A stretch of DNA of 31,030 bases. Source: Pseudomonadota bacterium (GTDB lineage Bacteria; Pseudomonadota; Gammaproteobacteria; Magnimaribacterales; D2472). The notes below the pieces were generated by a model. It saw nothing but the letters and a program-made list of their open reading frames with translations. It did no database searches and had not been told where the DNA came from. The position numbers and the translations under genes were made by a program. Shown here one piece after another: positions 10,687-21,456 of the stretch. The DNA lies in NCBI GenBank assembly GCA_010024215.1, contig RGHK01000001.1:1-31030 (forward strand), in the 5' to 3' direction. Numbering within the stretch: position 1 is the first letter of the stretch; the number at the start of each line of letters is the position of its first letter.

Positions 10687-11433
10687 TTACCTGCTTCTCA
10701 TTTTAGCAAGCAGCCTTAGTATTTCTAAATAGAGCCAAATGAGTGTAACCATTAAAGAAAAAGCTCCATACCATTCCATATATTTAGGCATTCCTTTATC
10801 TGCACCATCTTCAATAAAGTCAAAATCAAGAACTAGATTCAAAGCAGCAATAGATACAACAAATATGGAAAATCCGATGCCAAAAAGACCATTAGAATGA
10901 ATTAATGGTATACCAGCTCCACCAAATAAACTCATCAAGATGCTTACAAGATAAAGCAAAGCTATACCCATAGTTGCTGAAAATATCATTAATCTAAAGT
11001 TTTCGGTTGGCTTAATTAATCCACTTTTATAACAAAATAATAATGAGGCTAGAATCCCAAATGTTAAACCAATGGCTTGAATGCCTATACCAGGAAATTG
11101 AGCCTCAAAAAATAGAGTAATACCACCCAAGAAAATACCTTGCGAGAGTGCATATAGAGGTGCAGTAGAACCAGCTTTTTCAGGCCTCCTAAAAATAGTA
11201 ACGAACCCTAGTATCATTCCGATGATCCATGAAGGAATCAGAAGTGCTGGTATATTCCATCCAATAAATGCTCCAGCAAAACATAAGCTAAGTAAAATGC
11301 CTGTTTTGTTAACAGCTCCATCAAGGGTCATTCTTTCTTCTAAGGGGATATCATAAGTTGATCCACCAAAGTTTTTTGTAAATGCTGGGTTACCAGATCT
11401 ACCGAATGTATTTAATGCAGAGTGTTTTGACAT
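10687..11433 (-). CDS. Bax inhibitor-1/YccA family membrane protein
   Basis: SGNPAF, MTLDGAVNKT, PLYALSQGIFLG, LNLVLDFDFIE, YMEWYGAFSLMVTLIWLYLEILRLL. AAGGAGG SD upstream. Confidence 0.92.
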   Translation of the reverse strand: MSKHSALNTFGRSGNPAFTKNFGGSTYDIPLEERMTLDGAVNKTGILLSLCFAGAFIGWNIPALLIPSWIIGMILGFVTIFRRPEKAGSTAPLYALSQGIFLGGITLFFEAQFPGIGIQAIGLTFGILASLLFCYKSGLIKPTENFRLMIFSATMGIALLYLVSILMSLFGGAGIPLIHSNGLFGIGFSIFVVSIAALNLVLDFDFIEDGADKGMPKYMEWYGAFSLMVTLIWLYLEILRLLAKMRSR

Positions 11434-11503
11434 ACAAGAATCCTCCTTATGTATGATATGTATATTAAATAGTTATGGCCTTAAAAACTTATTTAAAGTT
11501 ATT

Positions 11504-12538
11504 TTATAAGTTTTTTATCCATTTACCTATCAGTTCAATAGCTTCAGTATGCTCAAGAGCTCTTCCTGATTCTGGCATCATAACTCCTGGATCAAGCGAC
11601 TTCATTCTGTAAAGTAAGATAGATTCCTCAGGATTACCAGGCACAATAGAGTATTTAAGATTATTGCTTCCTCGTCCTGTTGCGATAGGTTTTTTGTAAA
11701 TACCTAAGTTAATTTCTCTTTTTTCGATGTAGTCAAGATAGAGACCGCTGGTATCTGCCGAACCGCCTTCAATATGACAATGAGCACAATTTATATCCAA
11801 GTATGATCTTGCTCTTTGATCAACAGTCTTAGACTCATCTGCCCAATTTATCATTTTTACTTCATTAAATTTATTATCAATCCATCCTTGGTCATGCCAT
11901 TTAGCGAGCTGATTAAAAACTCCATCATCATAAACATACTCTTTATCTAGGTTTCTTAATTTAGGTCCAATAGGAGTTATAGTCTTATCTATTTGATGAC
12001 ATTCTTTGCATTGATTAATATTTGGAACCCTATATCTGACATCAACATAATCTCCATTATTATTGATAAATTTAGTAGAGATGGTCTTGCCAGCAACTGT
12101 CAAATAAGCTTCATCTTGATTACTATCCCATACATAACTAACATTTATCCATTCTCCATTTCTTTTAAGCAACAGCCTAGTCTCCAACAATTGTGCAGGA
12201 ATTTCAGAATTTTCATGCTCATTAAGATATGCAAATGTTTTAATAAGTGCCGTTCCTTCAGGAAAATCAAACACTTTATTTGATCTATATTTAGCAGCTT
12301 TACTCTTTGGAATATATATGAACCTTAACTTATCTGTATAGTCTGAAAAAAGTGGACTTATTAAATCATATGGCAAAACTCCCTCAGCAGGTATTTGAGC
12401 GCTCATATTTTTAAAAAAACCAAATTCAGATAGTTTTTTTGGTGCTTTTTCTATAAAAATGAGCTCATCTTGCACCTTAGATTCAACAAACTGGATAGAG
12501 ATACAGGAAATAATTAAAATTTTTTTAAATAGACTCAT
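11504..12538 (-). CDS. Exported diheme c-type cytochrome, SO2930/HNE_0200 (TIGR03806-like) family
   Basis: Two CXXCH motifs (CKECH 11996-12010, CAHCH 11774-11788) and family motifs LSEFGFF, YDLISPLFSDY, FPEGT, ETRLL, RARSYLDINCAHCH, MMPESGR. Start reassigned to ATG 12538, which gives a signal peptide and overlaps the upstream stop. Confidence 0.85.
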   Translation of the reverse strand: MSLFKKILIISCISIQFVESKVQDELIFIEKAPKKLSEFGFFKNMSAQIPAEGVLPYDLISPLFSDYTDKLRFIYIPKSKAAKYRSNKVFDFPEGTALIKTFAYLNEHENSEIPAQLLETRLLLKRNGEWINVSYVWDSNQDEAYLTVAGKTISTKFINNNGDYVDVRYRVPNINQCKECHQIDKTITPIGPKLRNLDKEYVYDDGVFNQLAKWHDQGWIDNKFNEVKMINWADESKTVDQRARSYLDINCAHCHIEGGSADTSGLYLDYIEKREINLGIYKKPIATGRGSNNLKYSIVPGNPEESILLYRMKSLDPGVMMPESGRALEHTEAIELIGKWIKNL

Positions 12539-13760
12539 CGAATACAACAGGAGATAGCGGGGTAATTTTTGCTTTATATTTTTCATAGTCTCTTTCAACA
12601 GGATCTATAAAAGGAAGCATATATTTAATTGGATTAATTGTTAAAAATGAAGCAGAGCCATTATCTCCAAGTATTATTTTTTCTGATTCAGGCTGACCAA
12701 AAACCATTTGTTTAAATGGAACAATGCCATCCCAAAAAATATCTGGCATATTTTGATTCGATATTTCATATAAAAATTTTGCTAAGTCTCCTGTTTCAAT
12801 GTCAGGATTATTACCAGATTTTGCAAATCTATTATTATGAATCTGTATGGCTCTAGGATGCGGGTTATAATTTTCATCCTCAGTTTCATAAGGATAAGTT
12901 ACTATTGCTATATTAATAGTATCGTTGCCCCCAATATCATTATCAAAAATTTCAACATTTGAGCTTGCTTGTATAACTATTCCGGTTCCTCTTGGAACTT
13001 CTCCAACAATGTTACCCTCAGGAGCAAAATTATCTGTATTGTTATTTATTGATTTGTTTCTGAATACTCTTACATGATGACCGCCTTGTTGAGGGATATC
13101 AGGTAAATCAAATACTAAAATACCTCCGGTATTATTTTCAGCATGATTATCAAAAACATCGGCATAGTATGAATTTTCAATTTCAATGCCTGCAACATTA
13201 AATTCAGCTCTGCTATTTTTTACAATGATGTTTTCAGATTGACCTACATAAATACCAGCATCAGAAGCGCCAATGGCAACACATGAATCTATAAGAACAT
13301 TTTTTGATTCCACTGGATATAGGCCATAAGCTCCATTTGATTCATCTGGTCCATTGGTCCATTCTGTTCTAATTCTAATAAAACTTATTCCATTAACTCC
13401 TTTGACTTTAATTGCATCTCCTTTAGCATCCTCAACTGCAAAATCAATGAGCCTAACATTATCTGATGTCACAGAAAGACCTTGTGCTCCAGATTGTTGT
13501 TCTTTAAAAGATAGAATGGTTTTTTTCATACCATCTCCTTGAAGAGTTACACCATCAACATCAATAGAAAGGCTATCTTCGAATTCATATAATCCTTCTG
13601 ATAGATGAATAATATCTCCAGAATTTGCAAAAATTAGAGCTTCCTGAATTTCAGTATATGAGTCTTCAGAGGGTTTAATGACTATAGTTTCACTGAAACT
13701 AAAAGAGCTTATGAGTATTAAACAAAGAAAAAATCTATATTGCTTCAGGTATTTTATCAA
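12525..13760 (-). CDS. Exported right-handed parallel beta-helix protein (TIGR03805-like)
   Basis: TTG start and signal peptide, then repeats GDAIKV, NGAYGLYPV, GASDAGIYVGQS, NVAGIEIENS, NTGGILVFDLP, NNTDNFAPEGNIV. Adjacent to its usual TIGR03806-type partner. Confidence 0.88.
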   Translation of the reverse strand: MIKYLKQYRFFLCLILISSFSFSETIVIKPSEDSYTEIQEALIFANSGDIIHLSEGLYEFEDSLSIDVDGVTLQGDGMKKTILSFKEQQSGAQGLSVTSDNVRLIDFAVEDAKGDAIKVKGVNGISFIRIRTEWTNGPDESNGAYGLYPVESKNVLIDSCVAIGASDAGIYVGQSENIIVKNSRAEFNVAGIEIENSYYADVFDNHAENNTGGILVFDLPDIPQQGGHHVRVFRNKSINNNTDNFAPEGNIVGEVPRGTGIVIQASSNVEIFDNDIGGNDTINIAIVTYPYETEDENYNPHPRAIQIHNNRFAKSGNNPDIETGDLAKFLYEISNQNMPDIFWDGIVPFKQMVFGQPESEKIILGDNGSASFLTINPIKYMLPFIDPVERDYEKYKAKITPLSPVVFDESI

Positions 13761-14841
13761 AGCTTTCTAGAGGTTTTTTTAACTCTGTCCAATCACATTC
13801 AAAGTCATCAGGTGCATGCTCATATTCAAGCAGACCGAGAGCTTCAAACTTTGGCCTCACATTATCTGTTAGTAGTCCTATTCTTGATAGATTTGGTATT
13901 ACTCTTGAAAATAAAAAGTTTCTAAACATATCGAATGTAGCAGTATTAAGCTGAAATTCTCTTGCTTCTTCTGCACTCATTCCTAAAAATTTTTGTTCAG
14001 ATTTAGTATTTATTAGTCTTTCTCTTGAAATTACACAAGCTTCATAAGCAAATTCTGCTCTGTCTTCAATTTCTTCTGGTGATAAAGTTTTAATATAGTC
14101 TTCAAGATAATTAATTCCAAAAGTCACATGCCTAGCTTCGTCTCTTACAACATAATGTAATAGTTGTTTTAATAGGGGGTCTTTTGTTATTGTTTTAAGC
14201 ATTTGGAATGCAGCTAAAGCTAAACCTTCAATGATAATTTGCATCCCAATGAATTTTAGATCCCAGCGCTCATCCGTTAAAATTTTATCTAGTAACTGTT
14301 TTAGGGCTGGATTGATTGGATAATGAATTCCAATTTTTTCTTGGAGGTACCGATTGAAAACTTCAACATGCCTAGCTTCATCAAAAGTTTGAGAAGCAGC
14401 ATAAAGTTTTGCATTATATGTTGGTGCACATGATGCTAATTGTGATGCGACCAGTAGGGCACCTTGTTCACCATGTAAGAATTGACTCATTAATTCAGCA
14501 GTAGAATGCCTATCAAAAAGGATTTTTTCTTCTTCAGTAAGATTTTGGTAAGCCTCAAGTGCCTCATGTGGTAATTGTTCATCCGGGTCAATTAATTTTT
14601 CATCAGCTGGATGCGTATAATCCCACTTTAAGTCAATGGATCCATTCCAATTAAGCTCTTTTCCAAGTTCATAGAGTTTTTTGATTCTGTTATCAGCAAC
14701 GGTGTAGTCCCAATTGTAGGAGCCTGTTAGTGGAGTATTAAAGATTTCAACAACATCCTCAACTTGTAATGGTGTTAAATTTACTTCGTCATCAAAATAT
14801 AATAAATCTTCTGGTGGACCTGCTTGTTTTGTAATTTTCAT
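13735..14841 (-). CDS. Cytoplasmic ferritin-like diiron-carboxylate protein (AurF/desaturase/decarbonylase-like fold), function unknown
   Basis: Diiron ligand pattern HGEQGAL ... DEARH ... IEGLAL ... DEARH. AGGAG SD upstream, no signal peptide. Confidence 0.85.
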   Translation of the reverse strand: MKITKQAGPPEDLLYFDDEVNLTPLQVEDVVEIFNTPLTGSYNWDYTVADNRIKKLYELGKELNWNGSIDLKWDYTHPADEKLIDPDEQLPHEALEAYQNLTEEEKILFDRHSTAELMSQFLHGEQGALLVASQLASCAPTYNAKLYAASQTFDEARHVEVFNRYLQEKIGIHYPINPALKQLLDKILTDERWDLKFIGMQIIIEGLALAAFQMLKTITKDPLLKQLLHYVVRDEARHVTFGINYLEDYIKTLSPEEIEDRAEFAYEACVISRERLINTKSEQKFLGMSAEEAREFQLNTATFDMFRNFLFSRVIPNLSRIGLLTDNVRPKFEALGLLEYEHAPDDFECDWTELKKPLESFDKIPEAI

Positions 14842-14861
14842 TCGCTTTTGTTCTCCTACAA

Positions 14862-14884
14862 TAATGTTTACAGTGTAAACATTA
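14862..14884. promoter_or_regulatory. Perfect 23 bp palindrome, probable transcription factor operator
   Basis: TAATGTTTACA-G-TGTAAACATTA: 11 bp arms, 1 bp centre, 21-43 bp upstream of the diiron gene start. No U tract follows on the minus strand. Confidence 0.75.
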
Positions 14885-14903
14885 ACTAATTGTAATATAC
14901 AAA

Positions 14904-16667
14904 TTAATTCTTGAAAAGTTTTGTTAACTCTTCTAAGAGAACCTCACCAAGCTCTTCAGCTCTATTTATAGTTATTGCATTTTTGTAATATTTAGTTACA
15001 TCATGACCTATCCCAATTGCATGTAATTCTATTGGACTGTCATTTTCGATATAAGAGATAATTCTTTTTAGGTGATTATCTAGATATTCCTCACCATTAG
15101 TTGATAGAGTACTATCATCTACAGGAGCACCGTCAGATATAACTATAATTATTTTTCTATCTTCATTTCTTTTAAAAAGTCTTTCGTGTGACCAGGAAAG
15201 TGCCTCACCATCAATATTTTCTTTTAAAAGACCTTCTCGCAACATAGCTCCAAAGTATTTTCTTGCTCGTCGCCAGCTATTATCTGCACTTTTATAAATA
15301 ATGTGTCTTATGTCATTTAACCTACCTGGATTAATAGAGCTGCCGCTATTTATCCATTTTTGTTTTGAGTCACCACCTTTCCAATTTTTTGTAGTAAATC
15401 CCAAAACTTCTGTTTTTATTTGACATCTTTCAAGTGTGCTTCCAATAATATCTGTACAAATTGCTGCTAAACTTATTGATCTACCTCTCATAGAACCAGA
15501 ATTATCAATAAGCAGCGTGACAACAGTATCTTTAAAATTATTTTCAGTTTCTTGTTTATAACTAAGCGGATGGCCTGGTTCAGCAATTACTCTGTGCAGT
15601 CTTGCAGTATCGAGTAGTCCCTCATCCGAGTTAAAATTCCAACTAGTATTTTGTTTTGCCAAAAGGAGTCTTTGAAGTCTATTAGCAAGCTTTCCTATTG
15701 TTGTTTGGTGTGGTTTTATCAAATTATCTAACTGTGTCCTTAGACGAACTGCTTCATCAGCAGTAGTTAAATCTTTCGCTTCAATTACTTCATCAAACTC
15801 GGTCGTAAAAATAGAATAATTATTATTTTCTATAAAGTTATATTCATTATTTGGATATGACAAAGCATCTATTTCTTCATCGATAGATATTCCATCAGAA
15901 ACCTCGGATGTTTGGTCGACAACATCATCAAAATTAATGTCTATATCTTCAAGAGAGTTTTCAGATTCACTTTGATCACTATCATTTGTATCCTCATCTT
16001 CACTTTCAATAGAGTCTGAACTTCCAGGAGGTTCAAAAGATGCATCTTCCTCTTCTATACTATTATCTTTATCTGACTTAAGAAGTTTTATGGCTTTAAG
16101 AAATTCTATAGAAGCTTCCTCAAATTTATTTTGATCATTAATAGCATTGATTAATTGATCTTTAATTTTTTTAAGACTCTTTCCATCATAATTTTCAGAA
16201 AATTCCTTAAGAATTTTTTTTGAGGAAGGTGCCAAATCAAATTCAAATAAATCTTTTAACCAAAGATTTGAGCAAAAGGCCAAATATTGAGGTGATTTTT
16301 TATCTTCAATCTCAATACCTTCAAGGTATCTGATAATATTTGTTTTTGATCCCTTGTATATATTTGATCCCAAAATTTCTACCCTAGACATTTCTAGCTC
16401 ATTAAAGACAAGTCTTGCTGGCAGAGTAAGAGAAATCTCTGGCCTAGTTTTATGAAATAAATACCAAAAGGCTTGAAAATCTGATTCACCTCGCCATTTT
16501 GCTAACTCTTTTGTTGAGCGAGGAATCGATGAAATTGTTGCTTGATTTGGAGAGGGTGGTCGAGAAGCAATACCATTTTTTGAAGAGATATTTTTGTTTT
16601 TAGATATAGATTTGATAGAAGAAAGAGCTGCTTCGTGAAGCTTATCGCGATTTTTGACCCAGCTCAT
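14904..16667 (-). CDS. cobT: CobT-like vWA protein (cobaltochelatase subunit family)
   Basis: CobT N-terminal motifs (RGESD, SRVEILG), acidic linker, [74 protein letters not shown]. Confidence 0.9.
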   Translation of the reverse strand: MSWVKNRDKLHEAALSSIKSISKNKNISSKNGIASRPPSPNQATISSIPRSTKELAKWRGESDFQAFWYLFHKTRPEISLTLPARLVFNELEMSRVEILGSNIYKGSKTNIIRYLEGIEIEDKKSPQYLAFCSNLWLKDLFEFDLAPSSKKILKEFSENYDGKSLKKIKDQLINAINDQNKFEEASIEFLKAIKLLKSDKDNSIEEEDASFEPPGSSDSIESEDEDTNDSDQSESENSLEDIDINFDDVVDQTSEVSDGISIDEEIDALSYPNNEYNFIENNNYSIFTTEFDEVIEAKDLTTADEAVRLRTQLDNLIKPHQTTIGKLANRLQRLLLAKQNTSWNFNSDEGLLDTARLHRVIAEPGHPLSYKQETENNFKDTVVTLLIDNSGSMRGRSISLAAICTDIIGSTLERCQIKTEVLGFTTKNWKGGDSKQKWINSGSSINPGRLNDIRHIIYKSADNSWRRARKYFGAMLREGLLKENIDGEALSWSHERLFKRNEDRKIIIVISDGAPVDDSTLSTNGEEYLDNHLKRIISYIENDSPIELHAIGIGHDVTKYYKNAITINRAEELGEVLLEELTKLFKN

Positions 16668-16673
16668 AATTAA

Positions 16674-17642
16674 TTACTTAGGATCAATATCAATATCAAA
16701 GCACCTTTGAAAATATTCATTGATAATTGGTTTTTCTAGATCATCACACTTATTTAAGAATGTAAGTTTAAATGATCCCATTACGTCTTTAAAAATCTTA
16801 TAGTTTTGAGCCCAAGAGATTACAGTCCTTGGTGACATTAGAATTGATATATCACCATTTGCAAATCCATTTCTTGTAAGGTTGGCAAGTTTTATCATAT
16901 TTTTAACAACTTCTTGATTTTTAGATGACTTAAACTCACTCACTTTTGATAAAACTACTTTTAATTCTTGGTTCACATCAAGATAATTTAATGTTGATAA
17001 AATATGCCATCTGTCCATTTGACCCTGATTAATTTGTTGTGTTCCATGATATAAACCTGTCATATCTCCAAGGCCAACAGTATTTGTCGTTGCAAATAAT
17101 CGGAATGAAGCATGAGGTTTGATAACTTTATTTTGATCTAAAAGTGTTAACTTTCCCTCAACCTCAAGAATTCTTTGTATAACAAACATCACATCTGGTC
17201 TTCCAGCATCATACTCATCAAATACCAATGCAACTGGATTTTGAATAGACCATGGCAACAAGCCTTCTTGAAACTCAGTTATCTGTTTACCATCTTTCAG
17301 TTTAATTGCGTCTTTGCCAAGCAAATCAATTCTACTGATATGGCTGTCTAAATTAATCCTAACGCATGGCCAATTCAATCTTGCTGCAACCTGTTCTATA
17401 TGTGTTGATTTACCTGTTCCATGAAAACCTTGAATCATTACTCTTCTATTATGATTAAAGCCAGCAAGGATAGACAATGTTGTATCTTTATCAAAAATAT
17501 ATCCCTCATCTATTTCAGGGACCCAAGCAGTCTTTTCTTTAAAACCCTTTACAGATAATTTTGAATCAATTCCAAAAGTTTCTGAAACCTCAAATTTATG
17601 ATCTGGTTTATTAGGTAATTCAATGTTTTTATTAATAGTCAT
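16674..17642 (-). CDS. cobS: CobS-like AAA+ ATPase (MoxR-related)
   Basis: Walker A GFHGTGKST, RLNWPCVRINLDSHISRIDLLGKD, Walker B FDEYDAGRPD, GLYHGTQQINQGQMDRW, MSPRTVI. Confidence 0.95.
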   Translation of the reverse strand: MTINKNIELPNKPDHKFEVSETFGIDSKLSVKGFKEKTAWVPEIDEGYIFDKDTTLSILAGFNHNRRVMIQGFHGTGKSTHIEQVAARLNWPCVRINLDSHISRIDLLGKDAIKLKDGKQITEFQEGLLPWSIQNPVALVFDEYDAGRPDVMFVIQRILEVEGKLTLLDQNKVIKPHASFRLFATTNTVGLGDMTGLYHGTQQINQGQMDRWHILSTLNYLDVNQELKVVLSKVSEFKSSKNQEVVKNMIKLANLTRNGFANGDISILMSPRTVISWAQNYKIFKDVMGSFKLTFLNKCDDLEKPIINEYFQRCFDIDIDPK

Positions 17643-17780
17643 ATGTAATCTTTATAAACTTAGATGGCCATGATACTTTTTGAAATATGAAAGTTCTAGT
17701 TTTTTTCTAAACCATGTAAGATGAGCATTAATAATTAAATCATTAATTTGCATAATTTTGAACCTTAGGCGGTATTAAGA

Positions 17781-18671
17781 ATGAATGAAAAAAGAAACCT
17801 ATTTGAAAAATCATTAAACCTTTTTACATTGAATAGAGTTGATAGAGACATTTATAGCTGGAATGGAAAAAATGTTGGCTGGGGAAGGGTCTTTGGAGGT
17901 CAAGTAATGGCTCAGACTCTTATTGCTGCATATAAAACTATTGATGTAGATCATTATGCACACTCTTTTCATTCATATTTTTTAAGACCAGGCGATATGG
18001 ATAAGCCGATTATTTTTACTGTTGATAGAATTAGAAATGGTAAAAGTTTTACCACCAGGAACGTTAAAGCATTACAAGATGGTGAAGCAATATTTAGTTG
18101 CTCAATTTCTTTTCAAAAAGATGAAGAGGGTCTTGAACATGAAATATCTATTCCGGATGTTCCTGCTCCAGAAGAACTTAAAGATGAACTTGAAATAAGA
18201 GAGATTCTTCTAAAAAAACTTAATATTGATAGTAAAGATATGCCAATGTTTTTAAGACAAAGGGAAATTGAAATGCGACCTGTAGAAATTCAAGATTATT
18301 TTGAACCAAAACGCATGCCTCCATATAAAAATACGTGGATTAAGCCCAAAGGAACAATTCCAGACGATCAAGTAATTCAGCAAGCTTTTTTATTGTATAT
18401 ATCTGATATGGGTTTATTAGCAGCTGCAAATAATTCTGTAGGAGTAAATTTTTTAACCAAGAATCTTCAAAATGCTAGTCTTGATCATGCAATCTGGTTT
18501 CATAAAAAACTTGATTTAAATGATTGGTTTTTATATTCAATTGACAGCCCAATCACACGCAATGCTAGGGGTTTCTCAAGAGGATCAATATTTTCAAAAT
18601 CAGGTGAATTGGTTGCATCATGTGCTCAAGAGGGCCTAATTAGACTCTGGCCAGAGTCAAAAAAGAAATAG
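17781..18671 (+). CDS. tesB: Acyl-CoA thioesterase II
   Basis: GRVFGGQVMAQ, HSFHSYFLRPGD, RNGKSFTTR, ISDMG, ASLDHAIWFH, AQEGLIR. Confidence 0.96.
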   Translation: MNEKRNLFEKSLNLFTLNRVDRDIYSWNGKNVGWGRVFGGQVMAQTLIAAYKTIDVDHYAHSFHSYFLRPGDMDKPIIFTVDRIRNGKSFTTRNVKALQDGEAIFSCSISFQKDEEGLEHEISIPDVPAPEELKDELEIREILLKKLNIDSKDMPMFLRQREIEMRPVEIQDYFEPKRMPPYKNTWIKPKGTIPDDQVIQQAFLLYISDMGLLAAANNSVGVNFLTKNLQNASLDHAIWFHKKLDLNDWFLYSIDSPITRNARGFSRGSIFSKSGELVASCAQEGLIRLWPESKKK

Positions 18672-21367
<2,696 letters not shown>

Positions 21368-21378
21368 TTAAGTGAGTT

Positions 21379-21395
21379 GTATGACGAAGTATGAC
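21379..21395. repeat. Tandem direct repeat GTATGAC-N3-GTATGAC (10 bp period)
   Basis: GTATGAC at 21379-21385 and 21389-21395 in the 95 bp gltD/gltB divergent spacer. Confidence 0.8.
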
Positions 21396-21424
21396 ACTTT
21401 TAATAATTAATTGAAATAACTTTG

Positions 21425-21433
21425 TGATATAAT
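21425..21433 (+). promoter_or_regulatory. Extended -10 promoter (TGnTATAAT) for gltB
   Basis: TGATATAAT ending 23 nt before ATG 21457. Confidence 0.65.
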
Positions 21434-21456
21434 TTACTTAAATTACATTCATTTAT

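Noticed and set aside
10915-10924. AGCTCCACCA, identical to the last 10 nt of tRNA-Ala, as a possible attR of an island
   Set aside because: It lies inside the BI-1/YccA coding sequence (FGGAG codons), is only 10 bp long, and no integrase is present. Best explained as chance.
11486-11500. AACTT-N5-AAGTT hairpin as a terminator for the diiron operon
   Set aside because: A 5 bp AT-rich stem is too weak to call.
12539-12598. ORF-track start of the cytochrome c gene at 12598
   Set aside because: It would overlap the upstream gene by 74 bp and bury the signal peptide. ATG 12538 fits better.
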